A stretch of 64,000 bases of DNA from contig JBMFRB010000004.1 in the NCBI GenBank assembly GCA_049968255.1, positions 160,001-224,000 on the forward strand, given 5' to 3'. The notes under the pieces were generated by a model, which had not been told where the DNA came from, searched no databases, and saw nothing but the letters and a program-made list of their open reading frames with translations. The translations under genes were made by a program, and so were the position numbers. Numbering within the stretch: the first letter of the stretch is position 1; each line of letters starts with the position of its first letter. This DNA comes from Candidatus Sumerlaeaceae bacterium (GTDB lineage Bacteria > Sumerlaeota > Sumerlaeia > Sumerlaeales > Sumerlaeaceae). This document shows positions 48,369 through 58,383 of the stretch, one piece after another.

Positions 48369-48642
48369 ATCCCTGCCTGTGTTTGACGTTCTTTGCGTTC
48401 TCGCCTCTTGGTAGAAAGCGGGTACGTTCCCAAAAAAAATGAATCATGCAATTGTTTCTCTTGCAAGCCAGGTTGAGCTCAAGTAGGAAGCACCTGAGTG
48501 GCGAAAAAGGGAGGTGATGCAGCAAGCAAAGCACGCGAGTACATGTTTTGGCGGATGAGTGACAGAGGGTCAGAAAGGTCTCCGAGCTGACTCTCTCCGT
48601 AGCGGGAAGAAAAACACGCTCGAACGAGAAGGAGGGAAAACG

Positions 48643-49761
48643 ATGAAGCGACTCTTCGTGTGCGGCTTTGTCTACCTGGCAGGGGCTGTCGTGATGGCTG
48701 ACACGCCGAATGCTATCGGGTACTGGGTCGCACAGTCCGACATCATTCCTGGGTATCCCACGCAGATGGCTGGTGCCGCTGTCGTCGGCGATTACCTTTA
48801 TATTCTTGGTGGCAATAACCTGGTGGAAGGCGACACGGGTCGCGTTTTTCGCCTAAAGATTGATCCGGCAACCGGTGCGCTCAGCGCTTGCACTGCGATG
48901 ACCACTTTGCCGGCGATGAACAATTTTGTCTACATTGGCGAGCAAGTTGAAGCCACGACTGACAGTATCTACATTTGCGGCGGTGGTTACAATACGACTG
49001 GCCCCAACCGTAACAATGTTACCTCGATTGGTGTGGATTCGAATGGCAACTTTTCCTCGCCGGCTTGGAAGGAAAGCCCTGCATTCCCCGGCGGATATGA
49101 TCCGGAACTTGGCTCGGCTGCGATTGCACAAAACGGCTACATCTACGCTATGGGCGGAGATAGTGAGAGCGGAACCCCGCCGCTTTACGACATTTGCGTT
49201 TATGCCCAAACTCAGGCTGACGGGAATTTGGGAACATTTGCCACGGGAGCGACACTTCCCTCCGCGTGCTACTTCAATGCGAATGCAGCAATTGGCAACA
49301 ACATCATTCTGCACCGCGGACTGACGACCAAGGGTGTGAACACGTCCGTGACGAGCGATATTTACGTCAATACCGTGAACAACGATGGAAGCATGGGTAG
49401 CTGGGTCCAGCAGACATCGGCAAATTTGCCGGCCGGCCGTTACAATCTAGGCCTAGTCGCTGTCGGCGATACCGTGTTCGCCATTGGTGGGCGCGCCTCG
49501 GGCGGGACACCGCAAAACAACGTGTGGCGTGCGCAGATGACGGGCAGCAGCTTGGGAGCATGGCAGACTTCGACAGATGCGCAACTGCCCGACGGAGTTC
49601 GGTACCATGCGGTCGTCTACTCGCCCACAAGCAAAAGCCTGTACGTCGTGAGTATTCGGCGTGCAAGCGACGGTGCTGTCTCGAACGAAGCGTATATATC
49701 TGCGCCGTTGTTCCCCCGCACCGTTTCGGCAGCCGCGCAAGACTGGAGCCTGTACGAGTAA
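48643..49761 (+). CDS. Secreted Kelch-like beta-propeller protein with C-terminal DWSLYE motif
   Basis: AAGGAGGG RBS and signal peptide ending VMA. Repeats YLYILGG, IYICGG, IYAMGG and VFAIGG with W...LP. Confidence 0.8.
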   Translation: MKRLFVCGFVYLAGAVVMADTPNAIGYWVAQSDIIPGYPTQMAGAAVVGDYLYILGGNNLVEGDTGRVFRLKIDPATGALSACTAMTTLPAMNNFVYIGEQVEATTDSIYICGGGYNTTGPNRNNVTSIGVDSNGNFSSPAWKESPAFPGGYDPELGSAAIAQNGYIYAMGGDSESGTPPLYDICVYAQTQADGNLGTFATGATLPSACYFNANAAIGNNIILHRGLTTKGVNTSVTSDIYVNTVNNDGSMGSWVQQTSANLPAGRYNLGLVAVGDTVFAIGGRASGGTPQNNVWRAQMTGSSLGAWQTSTDAQLPDGVRYHAVVYSPTSKSLYVVSIRRASDGAVSNEAYISAPLFPRTVSAAAQDWSLYE

Positions 49762-49799
49762 AACGCTGGGCGCTACTCTAGCGCGACCTTCTTTTGGCC

Positions 49800-49837
49800 T
49801 GGATGCAGTCGCTGGCTGCATCCACGCTTTCTTTTCT
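49800..49837 (+). terminator. Rho-independent terminator after the Kelch gene
   Basis: TGGATGCAGTC-GCT-GGCTGCATCCA followed by CGCTTTCTTTTCT. Confidence 0.6.
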
Positions 49838-49908
49838 GAGCACGAGGGGAGGCCAGACGGAAGGTTTTGCTTTGAACTGTCCCTCTCGTCGCGCAATTGT
49901 TCTCCCGC

Positions 49909-50958
49909 ATGATCGACGAAGCGCGCCACAACACAGCCTTTTCGCAGAACACTGCAACGTGGGGGCCATCCCACGGAGCGCTTTTGCGAGTGGAAAATTT
50001 GCGAAAATCTTTTGTGATTGGACACGCGCTCCTGGGGCGGAGAAAGCAATTTCTCCAAGCAGTGCGCGGAGTAACGTTTTCATTAGTTCGCGGAGAGACG
50101 CTTGGTCTTGTCGGAGAGAGTGGCTGCGGCAAAACGACGTTGGCTCGTCTCATTCTTCAACTGATCCGTCCGGATGCCGGAAGTGTGTTTTTAGCCGATT
50201 CGCCAGATCTGACGCTTCTCTCGCAACGCGAACTGCGACCGTTTCGCCGCCGCATGCAGATGATCTTTCAGGATCCTTACAGTTCTCTCAATCCGCGAAT
50301 GACTGTTGGCGCCATTGTTGCAGAACCGCTTATTATTCATGGCTTTTGTTCACGCAGTGAGCGCCACGAGCGGGTGAAGCAACTCCTGGCAGAAGTTGGA
50401 CTCTCGCCCCGAGCAGCTAACCGATTTCCTCACGAATTTAGCGGTGGCCAACGCCAGCGAATCGGGATCGCCCGAGCCCTTGCTGCTGGCCCCGAAATCA
50501 TCGTCGCTGACGAGCCGGTTAGCGCCCTCGATGTTTCCATCCGCTCCCAGATTATCAACCTGCTGCAAGATTTGCAGCACCAGTATCAGCTATCATATTT
50601 ATTTGTCTCCCATGATCTCAGTGTGGTCGCGCACATTAGCCATCGCGTGGCTGTCATGTATCTTGGTGAGTTTGTCGAGGTTGGCCCAAAGGATTCGCTC
50701 TTTTCGCAGCCGCTGCATCCCTACACTCAGGCGCTACTGGCCGCGGTCCCTCGCCCTGATCCGAAGCTGCGCGGCATGAAAATCGTTCTTGCCGGCGATG
50801 TGCCATCACCAGTGGCACCGCCGACCGGATGCAGTTTTCATCCACGATGCCCCCAGTGCTTCGAGCCATGCCGGCGGATACCACCGCGGATGCTTGAGAC
50901 GGCCCCAGGGCATTTTGTTGCATGCCACCTTTGGGATCCATCAATGAAATCAAACTAA
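49909..50958 (+). CDS. Oligopeptide/dipeptide ABC transporter ATPase (OppF/DppF-like)
   Basis: [29 protein letters not shown] and GC.FHPRC motifs. Confidence 0.93.
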   Translation: MIDEARHNTAFSQNTATWGPSHGALLRVENLRKSFVIGHALLGRRKQFLQAVRGVTFSLVRGETLGLVGESGCGKTTLARLILQLIRPDAGSVFLADSPDLTLLSQRELRPFRRRMQMIFQDPYSSLNPRMTVGAIVAEPLIIHGFCSRSERHERVKQLLAEVGLSPRAANRFPHEFSGGQRQRIGIARALAAGPEIIVADEPVSALDVSIRSQIINLLQDLQHQYQLSYLFVSHDLSVVAHISHRVAVMYLGEFVEVGPKDSLFSQPLHPYTQALLAAVPRPDPKLRGMKIVLAGDVPSPVAPPTGCSFHPRCPQCFEPCRRIPPRMLETAPGHFVACHLWDPSMKSN

Positions 50959-50997
50959 TCTCGCACAAGCGCACGAAGAGGTCATAAGCGAAAAATT

Positions 50998-52233
50998 ATG
51001 CGACAATTTATCAAAAGTCGATCCGTGTGGGTGGAAGGAACCCACCTGCGCTACAATGCGGTACTATGCATCGAGAACGGCATCGTTGCCGATATCCTTT
51101 CCGAACACCAGATCAATCTCGATGCTTCTGTAGTCCCGGTGCTGGAAGAAGAGATCCTTCTGCCAGGATTCATCAACTCCCACGCCCACATCGAATACAG
51201 TTTTTGCCGAGGCAAGTTACCGCGTGGCCCTGTGTCCTTTGCACAGTGGATTGAGGCTATCGGTGAGCTAAAACGCAATGCGACGCAAACGGACGTCGTG
51301 GAGGCAGCTCGCGAGGCAATGCGTGAGCTGGCTGCTGGCGGAGCCACGACCGTGATTGATTGCGCTCATCGCCGAGAGATGACAGCGTTGTGGGGCGAAA
51401 GTCGCCTGCGTCATGTGATCTTGTGGGAACTGATTGCCCTCTTTGATGAGCAAGCCGATGCCGTGTGGAAAAATGTCGAGCTCCAGTTGAATGCACCCCG
51501 AGTGCCCCACTGCATTGCCGTCGGCCTCAACCCACATGCTCCCTATAGTGTCGGAGCTCGACTGCGTGAACATCTTCGAGCGCATGCAGCAGCTCACCCT
51601 GACACACCAATCGGCTGGCATCTGGCAGAAACGGACGAGGAGATGCGCTTTTTCCAGACGGGCCTAGGGCCGTTCCGTGATTTTTGCACCAGGCATCAGC
51701 TGCCAACCGCATTTGATGAGATGCCAGCATGCTCACCGACCGCATTCCTCGCCAGGGAAGGCCTCCTCGAATCAGCAGACTTGCTTTTCCATTTCAACCA
51801 CTTTTCCCGAGAAGATGTGAACCTTCTGAGCCGACACCAGACGATTGTCTATTGCCCCACAACCCATCGTTATTTTGCGCGCCCCTCATTTGACTTATAT
51901 ACTCTTCATCGCGCTGGTGTGCCCGTGGCTCTTGGTACGGACAGTCTCGCTACCAGCGACACACTCTCGATGCTCGACACGCTGCGAATGGCCTCAGAAA
52001 ACTTTCCGTCGCTCACCGGTTCTCAGCTCTTGGCGATGGTGACAACGATCCCCGCTCGCTCCACTTTTCTCCGGAGCGTGAAACCGCCGATTGGAACGAT
52101 TGCACGTGGGGCTGCGGCTGATTTCACTGCTCTCGCGACCGACCTCCCGCTCGATTGTGATTTGCGCGAGATCCTTATCCATCCCTCGACGAAAGTAATG
52201 GCCACTTATGTCGGCGGAGTGAAAGTTTACTAA
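50998..52233 (+). CDS. Metal-dependent amidohydrolase (aminodeoxyfutalosine/adenosine-derivative deaminase-like)
   Basis: NSHAHIE, PHAPYS, HLAE..EE and GTDSL motifs. Confidence 0.8.
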   Translation: MRQFIKSRSVWVEGTHLRYNAVLCIENGIVADILSEHQINLDASVVPVLEEEILLPGFINSHAHIEYSFCRGKLPRGPVSFAQWIEAIGELKRNATQTDVVEAAREAMRELAAGGATTVIDCAHRREMTALWGESRLRHVILWELIALFDEQADAVWKNVELQLNAPRVPHCIAVGLNPHAPYSVGARLREHLRAHAAAHPDTPIGWHLAETDEEMRFFQTGLGPFRDFCTRHQLPTAFDEMPACSPTAFLAREGLLESADLLFHFNHFSREDVNLLSRHQTIVYCPTTHRYFARPSFDLYTLHRAGVPVALGTDSLATSDTLSMLDTLRMASENFPSLTGSQLLAMVTTIPARSTFLRSVKPPIGTIARGAAADFTALATDLPLDCDLREILIHPSTKVMATYVGGVKVY

Positions 52234-52238
52234 CACAC

Positions 52239-54854
52239 ATGTTGCCGCTTGCGCACTCGCTCATTGCCTTGTTCTTGCTCGCCGGCCTTGTGCTGCTGGT
52301 GGGCTACGCTCTATCTTTGCCGCTTCTGCAAGTGCTGCACTCTGGCTCCAAGAAATTCACCTTAGGCGAAGCTATCAGCCTTTGCGCCGTCACAGGCGTC
52401 GCAGCCGCGACATTCCTTGGCCTTGCTCTCGGGTATGCAGGTTTCTTCAGTTTGCATGTGCTCGGCTTGGGCTTGGGGGGGGTGGCCTCGATGCTCTTAG
52501 CCAAACATAGGGCGGCGATCTGGACTTTACGAGCAGCCTGCGCATCAAAGGGCGAGCTCGCCGCCGCGGCATTAGCTCTGGTGCTTATCGCCTATGCGAC
52601 CGCGCTGCGTTCCCATGAGATCGCAGGAATGAGAGATCAAGGAGTTTACACGGCCACCGGAATACAACTAGCCCGCACCGGAAGTTTTTTCTGGCGAGAC
52701 GCGCTTATTACTAAATACGGCTTCGAACGAGTCGCTCACCTCTTCGAAGATATAGGCGAAATTCTGCAAGGGCGACCACGCTACCTGCGCTTTGCCGGTT
52801 TTTACCTGGATCCGCCGGACTGTGGTCGCGTTGTTCCCCAATTTCTTCATGGCTATGAGGTGTGGATTGCGCTGGCGTATCAGGTCGGCGGCCCTCAAGC
52901 CACGCAATGTGTCAACGGCGTCTTTGCAGCGCTGGGACTTTTCGCGTTTTTTCTTGTAATTCGGCGATTGTACGACACGCGCCTTGCTTTGCTGGGAGCA
53001 ATCTTGTTAGCGACAAGCCTTCCGCAACTCTGGTACGCGCGTTTCCCCAGCAATGAGCCGGTGCTCCAGTTTCTGATTTGGGGAGTGCTTCTTTCCTACA
53101 TCTTGCTGCGAGACGTTGCGCGAACGCACGCCTCAACATGCGACAACCCACTACCGCGCTCGCTAAATTTTCCGTTGTTTTTGCCAATTGCCGCTGCAGC
53201 GACTGTGAAATTTGCCTTCTGGCCTTTGCTTGCGGTGTTTGCCTTCGAATTGGGCGCAGCGTGCCATCAGCAGTGTCGTTGTCTTCGCACCCGCTCTATT
53301 TTGGGATGGCTTCTCGCCATCTCTTTATTTGCCTATCTTCACGCGTTCTTCTTTGCGCGGTTCTACCTGTACGGATCTTGGAACTTTACCATCCGCAAGT
53401 TTGGGATCACGTTTCAGATGTTCCCCGTGATCCTCATAGGTGGCACGATGGCGGCTTTCGTGGCCGGCGCGATAGTCTCTGATTTTGCCCAACCCATAGC
53501 GAAGCTTTGGTCGCGCGTGCGAGGAATTTTCGCGCTTCTTTTTTTTGCGCTCATCGCAATCGTGTATGTCTATCAGTGCTATGTAGGCCACTACCTCCAT
53601 TCGTCGGACGTTTGGAGCGAGCAGACCAACCTCTACGAGTTTGCGCAATACTATGGAATCCTCGGTTTTGCCGTTGCCGTGGCCGGATTTGCTCTTTGGC
53701 TAAAGCGCGGAAATCCCCATGAGACAGCGCGCCTTCTGGTGCTGCTGATTCTCGCCGCCTCTGTGTTTTTGGTGAAGCGCAATCTCGACGCTATTCATCC
53801 CTGGGCGAGTCGTCGATGGCTGCCTGTCCTTGTCCCGTCGATGGCTTTGGCCGCAGCTTTAGCTCTAAACGAATTGTCAACCTTATGTTCCAGAGCATGG
53901 AGGAGGCTTGTCAGTGTCGCTGGAACATGTGCGGTTGTGGCGAGCCAGCTGCTGCAAGGGCCGCTTCTCGTCACGACAGCTAATTATCGGGGAGCAATTC
54001 CACAGGTGGACCAGTGGACGCGCTTCTTGCATGCCGAGGATTTCGTCCTCCTTGAGCCCACAGCGCTCATCGCACAATTTGGCCCATATCTCGCGGCCCG
54101 ATTCGACATTCAAGGCTATGTCCAGAAAAACACACCAGAATTCTGGGAAAAGACGAAAAATGTTGCATTCGGGCAAGGTCAGCCTGCACACCGCACCATC
54201 TATGTCACCGACGAAGACCTTTCTGTCTCATGCGCGAATTTCGCCAGGCTGGTAGGCACCAGTGTCTTGCACTATCCGGTCATTCTCGATAAACTCAGGT
54301 CACTTCCCGAGAGAGCATTGCATATTCACGAAACGGTTCGCTTCTATGAGCTCGACTGGGCGAAAATGCCAGCTGGTTGGTGGACTGGCTGGAAACCGAA
54401 GCTGGAGCCGGGTCCACCAAGTCCACTTCCAGCTGTTTTGCGGATGGGCAGCCAGGCCGAACCCTATCTGGTGCAAGGCTTCTTTGATCCTACGCCTCAG
54501 AACGACGGCACAGCCTACCGCTGGACGAATGGCAACGCGCGCTTGGCTATCGGTCGCCTCATTAAATTCCCTTTGCCGCAGCGGCCGATACGGATTATCA
54601 TTACAGGTCACTCCGGAAGAAAGGATCAGTCCCTCGAGGTACATTGGTACTTGGATCTCGACAAACCCTACCGAGCCAAGAAGCTCGCTGTTACCACAGT
54701 CGGTCGCGATTGGACCGTATGCGCTGTCTCGGTTCCTCCGGAGGATCTTGCGCCCGACTCCACCCTTGAGCTTCAATCGCTCCGGCCTGCGGTTGCCCCT
54801 GAGTTTCCTGCCGGGCGTTTGGGTTTCCGTTTGTTGGAGGTTCGCGTGGAGTAG
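52239..54854 (+). CDS. GT-C (PMT/ArnT-like) membrane glycosyltransferase with C-terminal extracytoplasmic domain
   Basis: RDQGVY, WYAR.P.NE and RRWLP motifs, more than 12 TM segments, and a soluble tail with YRWTNG. Confidence 0.65.
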   Translation: MLPLAHSLIALFLLAGLVLLVGYALSLPLLQVLHSGSKKFTLGEAISLCAVTGVAAATFLGLALGYAGFFSLHVLGLGLGGVASMLLAKHRAAIWTLRAACASKGELAAAALALVLIAYATALRSHEIAGMRDQGVYTATGIQLARTGSFFWRDALITKYGFERVAHLFEDIGEILQGRPRYLRFAGFYLDPPDCGRVVPQFLHGYEVWIALAYQVGGPQATQCVNGVFAALGLFAFFLVIRRLYDTRLALLGAILLATSLPQLWYARFPSNEPVLQFLIWGVLLSYILLRDVARTHASTCDNPLPRSLNFPLFLPIAAAATVKFAFWPLLAVFAFELGAACHQQCRCLRTRSILGWLLAISLFAYLHAFFFARFYLYGSWNFTIRKFGITFQMFPVILIGGTMAAFVAGAIVSDFAQPIAKLWSRVRGIFALLFFALIAIVYVYQCYVGHYLHSSDVWSEQTNLYEFAQYYGILGFAVAVAGFALWLKRGNPHETARLLVLLILAASVFLVKRNLDAIHPWASRRWLPVLVPSMALAAALALNELSTLCSRAWRRLVSVAGTCAVVASQLLQGPLLVTTANYRGAIPQVDQWTRFLHAEDFVLLEPTALIAQFGPYLAARFDIQGYVQKNTPEFWEKTKNVAFGQGQPAHRTIYVTDEDLSVSCANFARLVGTSVLHYPVILDKLRSLPERALHIHETVRFYELDWAKMPAGWWTGWKPKLEPGPPSPLPAVLRMGSQAEPYLVQGFFDPTPQNDGTAYRWTNGNARLAIGRLIKFPLPQRPIRIIITGHSGRKDQSLEVHWYLDLDKPYRAKKLAVTTVGRDWTVCAVSVPPEDLAPDSTLELQSLRPAVAPEFPAGRLGFRLLEVRVE

Positions 54855-54929
54855 CACTGTCTGGGTGAAAGATTGACAAAGATGTTGCGATTCGCGGACA
54901 AGCAATTTATGAATTTTTGGAGGCCTTCT

Positions 54930-55346
54930 ATGCGCCCTATGTCGATTTGCGCTGTTGTTGCTGCACTAGCATGTGCTGTGTTATCGGGATGCTCTGCGAG
55001 CCCGCGGGAAATTCAGCGTTTAGACCCCGGCGAGGTCCGTCCCGCTCGGCCGCCGCGCAGCGTGGAACTTCTCACAAAGGCTCCAGACCGGCCGTATCGA
55101 GAGATCGCTGTCGTGGACAGCTTTCGAGCGAAGAAACTCGATCCAGAAGTCACAGCTCGCATGATGGAAGATTTGCAAAAGAAGGCTGCAAGGTTTGGTG
55201 CTGATGCCGTCGTCGACGTGCGCCGCTTGGCGGATCGCCACGAAGGCTTTGTGAACAATCCTCGCACGCCGTTTCCCTCTCTGATGCAGGGCCAGTGGAA
55301 AACGTATTTTTTCCGCGGCAGAGCCATACGTTACATAAACCGCTAG
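54930..55346 (+). CDS. Lipoprotein (YbjQ-like fold)
   Basis: GGAGG RBS, lipobox LSGC and P.RPY.EI...KAA..GADAVV. Confidence 0.65.
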   Translation: MRPMSICAVVAALACAVLSGCSASPREIQRLDPGEVRPARPPRSVELLTKAPDRPYREIAVVDSFRAKKLDPEVTARMMEDLQKKAARFGADAVVDVRRLADRHEGFVNNPRTPFPSLMQGQWKTYFFRGRAIRYINR

Positions 55347-55362
55347 TCGAGGGATCATACCG

Positions 55363-56466
55363 ATGCAGCCACGTCGCCGAATTGCAATTCTTGCCGAGGG
55401 TGCGTTTTCAATTTTTGGCGCAAAGACCGCTGTCGGCGTGCTGCGTTACTCGCGGCACCAGGTGGTCGCTGTGATTGATTCGACCAAAAGCGGCAAAGTG
55501 GTCGAAGATATTCTTGGTTTTGGCGGTGACATTCCTATTGTAGAATCTGTCGAACAAGCTTTGGCGTTTCGGCCCGAAGTTCTCCTCATTGGCATAGCGC
55601 CTACGGGTGGACAGCTTTTGCCTCAGTTCCGACACGCGCTTCTTGAGGCGATACGCCATGGTCTCGACATCTGGAGCGGCCTCCACTACTTCCTTTCTGA
55701 TGACGAAGAGCTTGCCGCTGAGGCTGCTCGATGCAATGTGCGATTATGGGACGTCCGAAAACCCCGACGTGACCTCGTCGTCGGATCTGGTAAAGCGCTG
55801 ACGACGAAGGCGTATGTGGTTCTCACCGTAGGCACGGACTGCAACGTCGGAAAAATGACCGCTGCGCTCGAACTCCGCAACGCTCTGGCCCAGCGTGGGG
55901 TTCGCGCCGCTTTTGTTGCAACGGGTCAAACAGGTATTCTTATCGAAGGCGAGGGAACACCGCTCGACGCTGTTCCGGGGGACTTTATGTCGGGGGAGGT
56001 GGAGCACCTTGTCCTCCAAAAAGATGCGGAGGGAGCGGAGGTGATTTTGGTCGAAGGGCAAGGAAGTCTTTTGCATCCCGGCTTCGGGCCCGTCACGCTC
56101 GCGCTGATGCTTGGCGCGATGCCTGATGATTTCATTCTCTGCAGTGTGCCAACGCGCCAAACCTACCGACCAAATCATGTGCTCCCCATACCACCCCTCA
56201 AGGAAATCATCCGATTGTATGAGGGTGTCATGGGCGTTGCTTACAAAGCACCGAAAGTGCGTGGCCTTGCGCTCAATACAAGCGAGCTTTCTGATCGCGA
56301 TGCTTTCGATATCATAGAAAGGTACACCCAAGAAATCGGCCTCCCTGTTTGCGATCCCTTTCGCACTGGTGTTCATAACTTAGTCGATGCACTTTTGCCC
56401 TACATGGAAAGCAAACGAACTAGGCCAGTTACCGACGAGCATTCCAATGGTGAAGCTCTCAAATAG
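55363..56466 (+). CDS. DUF1611 family P-loop protein (DgcN-like)
   Basis: AKTA.G..RY, SGLH.FL, GTDC.VGKM, ATGQTG and EGQGS..HP motifs. Confidence 0.88.
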   Translation: MQPRRRIAILAEGAFSIFGAKTAVGVLRYSRHQVVAVIDSTKSGKVVEDILGFGGDIPIVESVEQALAFRPEVLLIGIAPTGGQLLPQFRHALLEAIRHGLDIWSGLHYFLSDDEELAAEAARCNVRLWDVRKPRRDLVVGSGKALTTKAYVVLTVGTDCNVGKMTAALELRNALAQRGVRAAFVATGQTGILIEGEGTPLDAVPGDFMSGEVEHLVLQKDAEGAEVILVEGQGSLLHPGFGPVTLALMLGAMPDDFILCSVPTRQTYRPNHVLPIPPLKEIIRLYEGVMGVAYKAPKVRGLALNTSELSDRDAFDIIERYTQEIGLPVCDPFRTGVHNLVDALLPYMESKRTRPVTDEHSNGEALK

Positions 56467-58309
56467 CGTAAAGCTAAAAGTTCAGGGCGTACTTTCAGTC
56501 AGCAAAACAGTTCCAAGCGGATTGCCTCTTACTGAGGCACTTGCAGCTTGCGGTGTCCTCGTCAATCAGCCCTGTGGCGGGCGCGGCACTTGCGGCAAAT
56601 GTCGCGTCCGTTTTCTATCGCAGCCCCCTCAGCCGACAGCCGAGGAAACAGCTCTACTCGGTAGCGAGGCGCTGGCGCAAGGCTGGCGTCTTTCATGCCG
56701 CCACCAGCTTTGCCACGACGCTGTCGTAGAAAACGTGGCCGACTCCCCGCTCGGGGTATGGAAAGATTTCGGTCCCCCTGAGCCAATTCCCATAGCTGAG
56801 CAGCGCTGGCAAAAAATGCCCATCACGTTGGATAAGCGAGAAAACGATGAACGCGAGAGTGCATCAGTTGAGGAAGTGATCTGGCATGCAGCGACCGGAT
56901 CGTCTGCAAGGATCTTAGAGTTTTCGATGCGTGCTCGCCGCGAGCTTTCTCAACATATCGCGGACAGAACGAAAAATGTTGATCTATTGGTATGCGATGA
57001 GTGTCACGTGGCAAGTGCGAGGTTCCCTGGCTTGTCTTCGCACTACGCTGTGGCATTTGACGTTGGCACCACAACGCTTGCTGCCGCGCTCCTGGATCTT
57101 CGGGACGGGCGCATTGTGAAATCGGTGACTGAGCTGAATCCTCAGGTACGGTTTGGGGGCGACGTTATCTCACGCATTGCCTACAGTGTTGAACACGGAT
57201 GCCTCCCCCTGCGTCAGGTTCTCACTAAGGCCTTGGAGCAGATGACGCTCCAACTGTGCAAGGCAGCTGAGATTTCTCCATCGCAGATAGTGGCTGGGGC
57301 TCTAGTGGGAAATTCTTTTATGCTTCACTCTCTTCTCGGCGTGAATCCTTATTCGCTTGGCCAAGCTCCCTATCGACCTCTGTGGCGTGAGCCCCTTGAG
57401 CTCCTCGGCTCGGAGATTGGCTTGCCTGCGCTAGCGGAAGCGCTGGTTTTTGTGCCACCCCTTCTAGGGAACCATGTCGGCGCGGACGCAGCGGCCGCTA
57501 TTGTGGCCACACAGCTCGACGTGGGAGAAGCGCCGCGGCTGCTGGTAGACCTCGGCACGAATTGCGAGGTCGTCCTATCCGTCAAAGGCTCATTACTTGT
57601 GACGTCCGCTGCTGCAGGGCCCGCATTTGAAGGCGGAAATATCACCCATGGGATGCGTGCCACACGAGGTGCAATAGATCGAGCTGCCCTGACCGCCGCC
57701 GGCGATCTGTGGATTCACACGATAGGGAATTCCCAGCCTCTTGGAATTTGTGGGGCTGGTCTCGTTCATCTGGTGGATTTGTTAGTTTCCCTGGGCGTGA
57801 TTGATCAAACAGGCCGGCTGCTTTGGCGCGAAGAACTGCCTGAGCCGGTTGCGTCCTGGCCACTGGCCGAACGCATTGTCTGTAGCCCCTCAGGCGAACA
57901 AGCTTTTGTTGTCGCTGATCCCCCTCATGGCAAAACGATCACACTTACGGCTTCTGATGTACGCCAATTGCAATTGGTGAAAGGTTCGATTCGGGCAGCG
58001 ATAGAAATTCTCCTCAAGGAAGCGGAGCTCTCTGCGGATCAACTTCAGACCATCTTTGTGACAGGACTTTTGGGATGCCATCTCAAGAAGTCCAGTTTGC
58101 TTCGCCTCGGTCTCTTGCCATTAGTCAAACCTGGCAAGATCGAGCTGCTTGGCAATGCAGCGGCTTTCGGATGCCGTCAGGTTCTCGTAGATAAATCAGC
58201 ATGGAAGCGCGCATGCGCTTTGCCCAGTTCTGCCCGACACGTCGAGCTCGCCGAGCACGCTGACTATGCAGATCGGTTCGCGCAGATGATGGCGTTTTCC
58301 CCCGCCTAA
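56447..58309 (+). CDS. RACo/DUF4445 ATP-dependent reductive activator of corrinoid proteins (2Fe-2S + ASKHA)
   Basis: CGGRGTCGKC...RLSC, DVGTTT, NPQ..FG.DVISRI, DLGTN.E, AGPAFEG and GNAA motifs. Confidence 0.88.
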   Translation: MVKLSNSVKLKVQGVLSVSKTVPSGLPLTEALAACGVLVNQPCGGRGTCGKCRVRFLSQPPQPTAEETALLGSEALAQGWRLSCRHQLCHDAVVENVADSPLGVWKDFGPPEPIPIAEQRWQKMPITLDKRENDERESASVEEVIWHAATGSSARILEFSMRARRELSQHIADRTKNVDLLVCDECHVASARFPGLSSHYAVAFDVGTTTLAAALLDLRDGRIVKSVTELNPQVRFGGDVISRIAYSVEHGCLPLRQVLTKALEQMTLQLCKAAEISPSQIVAGALVGNSFMLHSLLGVNPYSLGQAPYRPLWREPLELLGSEIGLPALAEALVFVPPLLGNHVGADAAAAIVATQLDVGEAPRLLVDLGTNCEVVLSVKGSLLVTSAAAGPAFEGGNITHGMRATRGAIDRAALTAAGDLWIHTIGNSQPLGICGAGLVHLVDLLVSLGVIDQTGRLLWREELPEPVASWPLAERIVCSPSGEQAFVVADPPHGKTITLTASDVRQLQLVKGSIRAAIEILLKEAELSADQLQTIFVTGLLGCHLKKSSLLRLGLLPLVKPGKIELLGNAAAFGCRQVLVDKSAWKRACALPSSARHVELAEHADYADRFAQMMAFSPA

Positions 58310-58383
58310 TCGCGCGTCAAATTCTCAGGGAAGCGAACCTTGCCCCTTCGCAACATTGAAGCCTGTGTGCTGGATAAAAGAAA

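Noticed and set aside
54873-54900. TTGACA hexamers at 54873 and 30771
   Set aside because: No convincing -10 element at 16-18 bp spacing, so not called as promoters.
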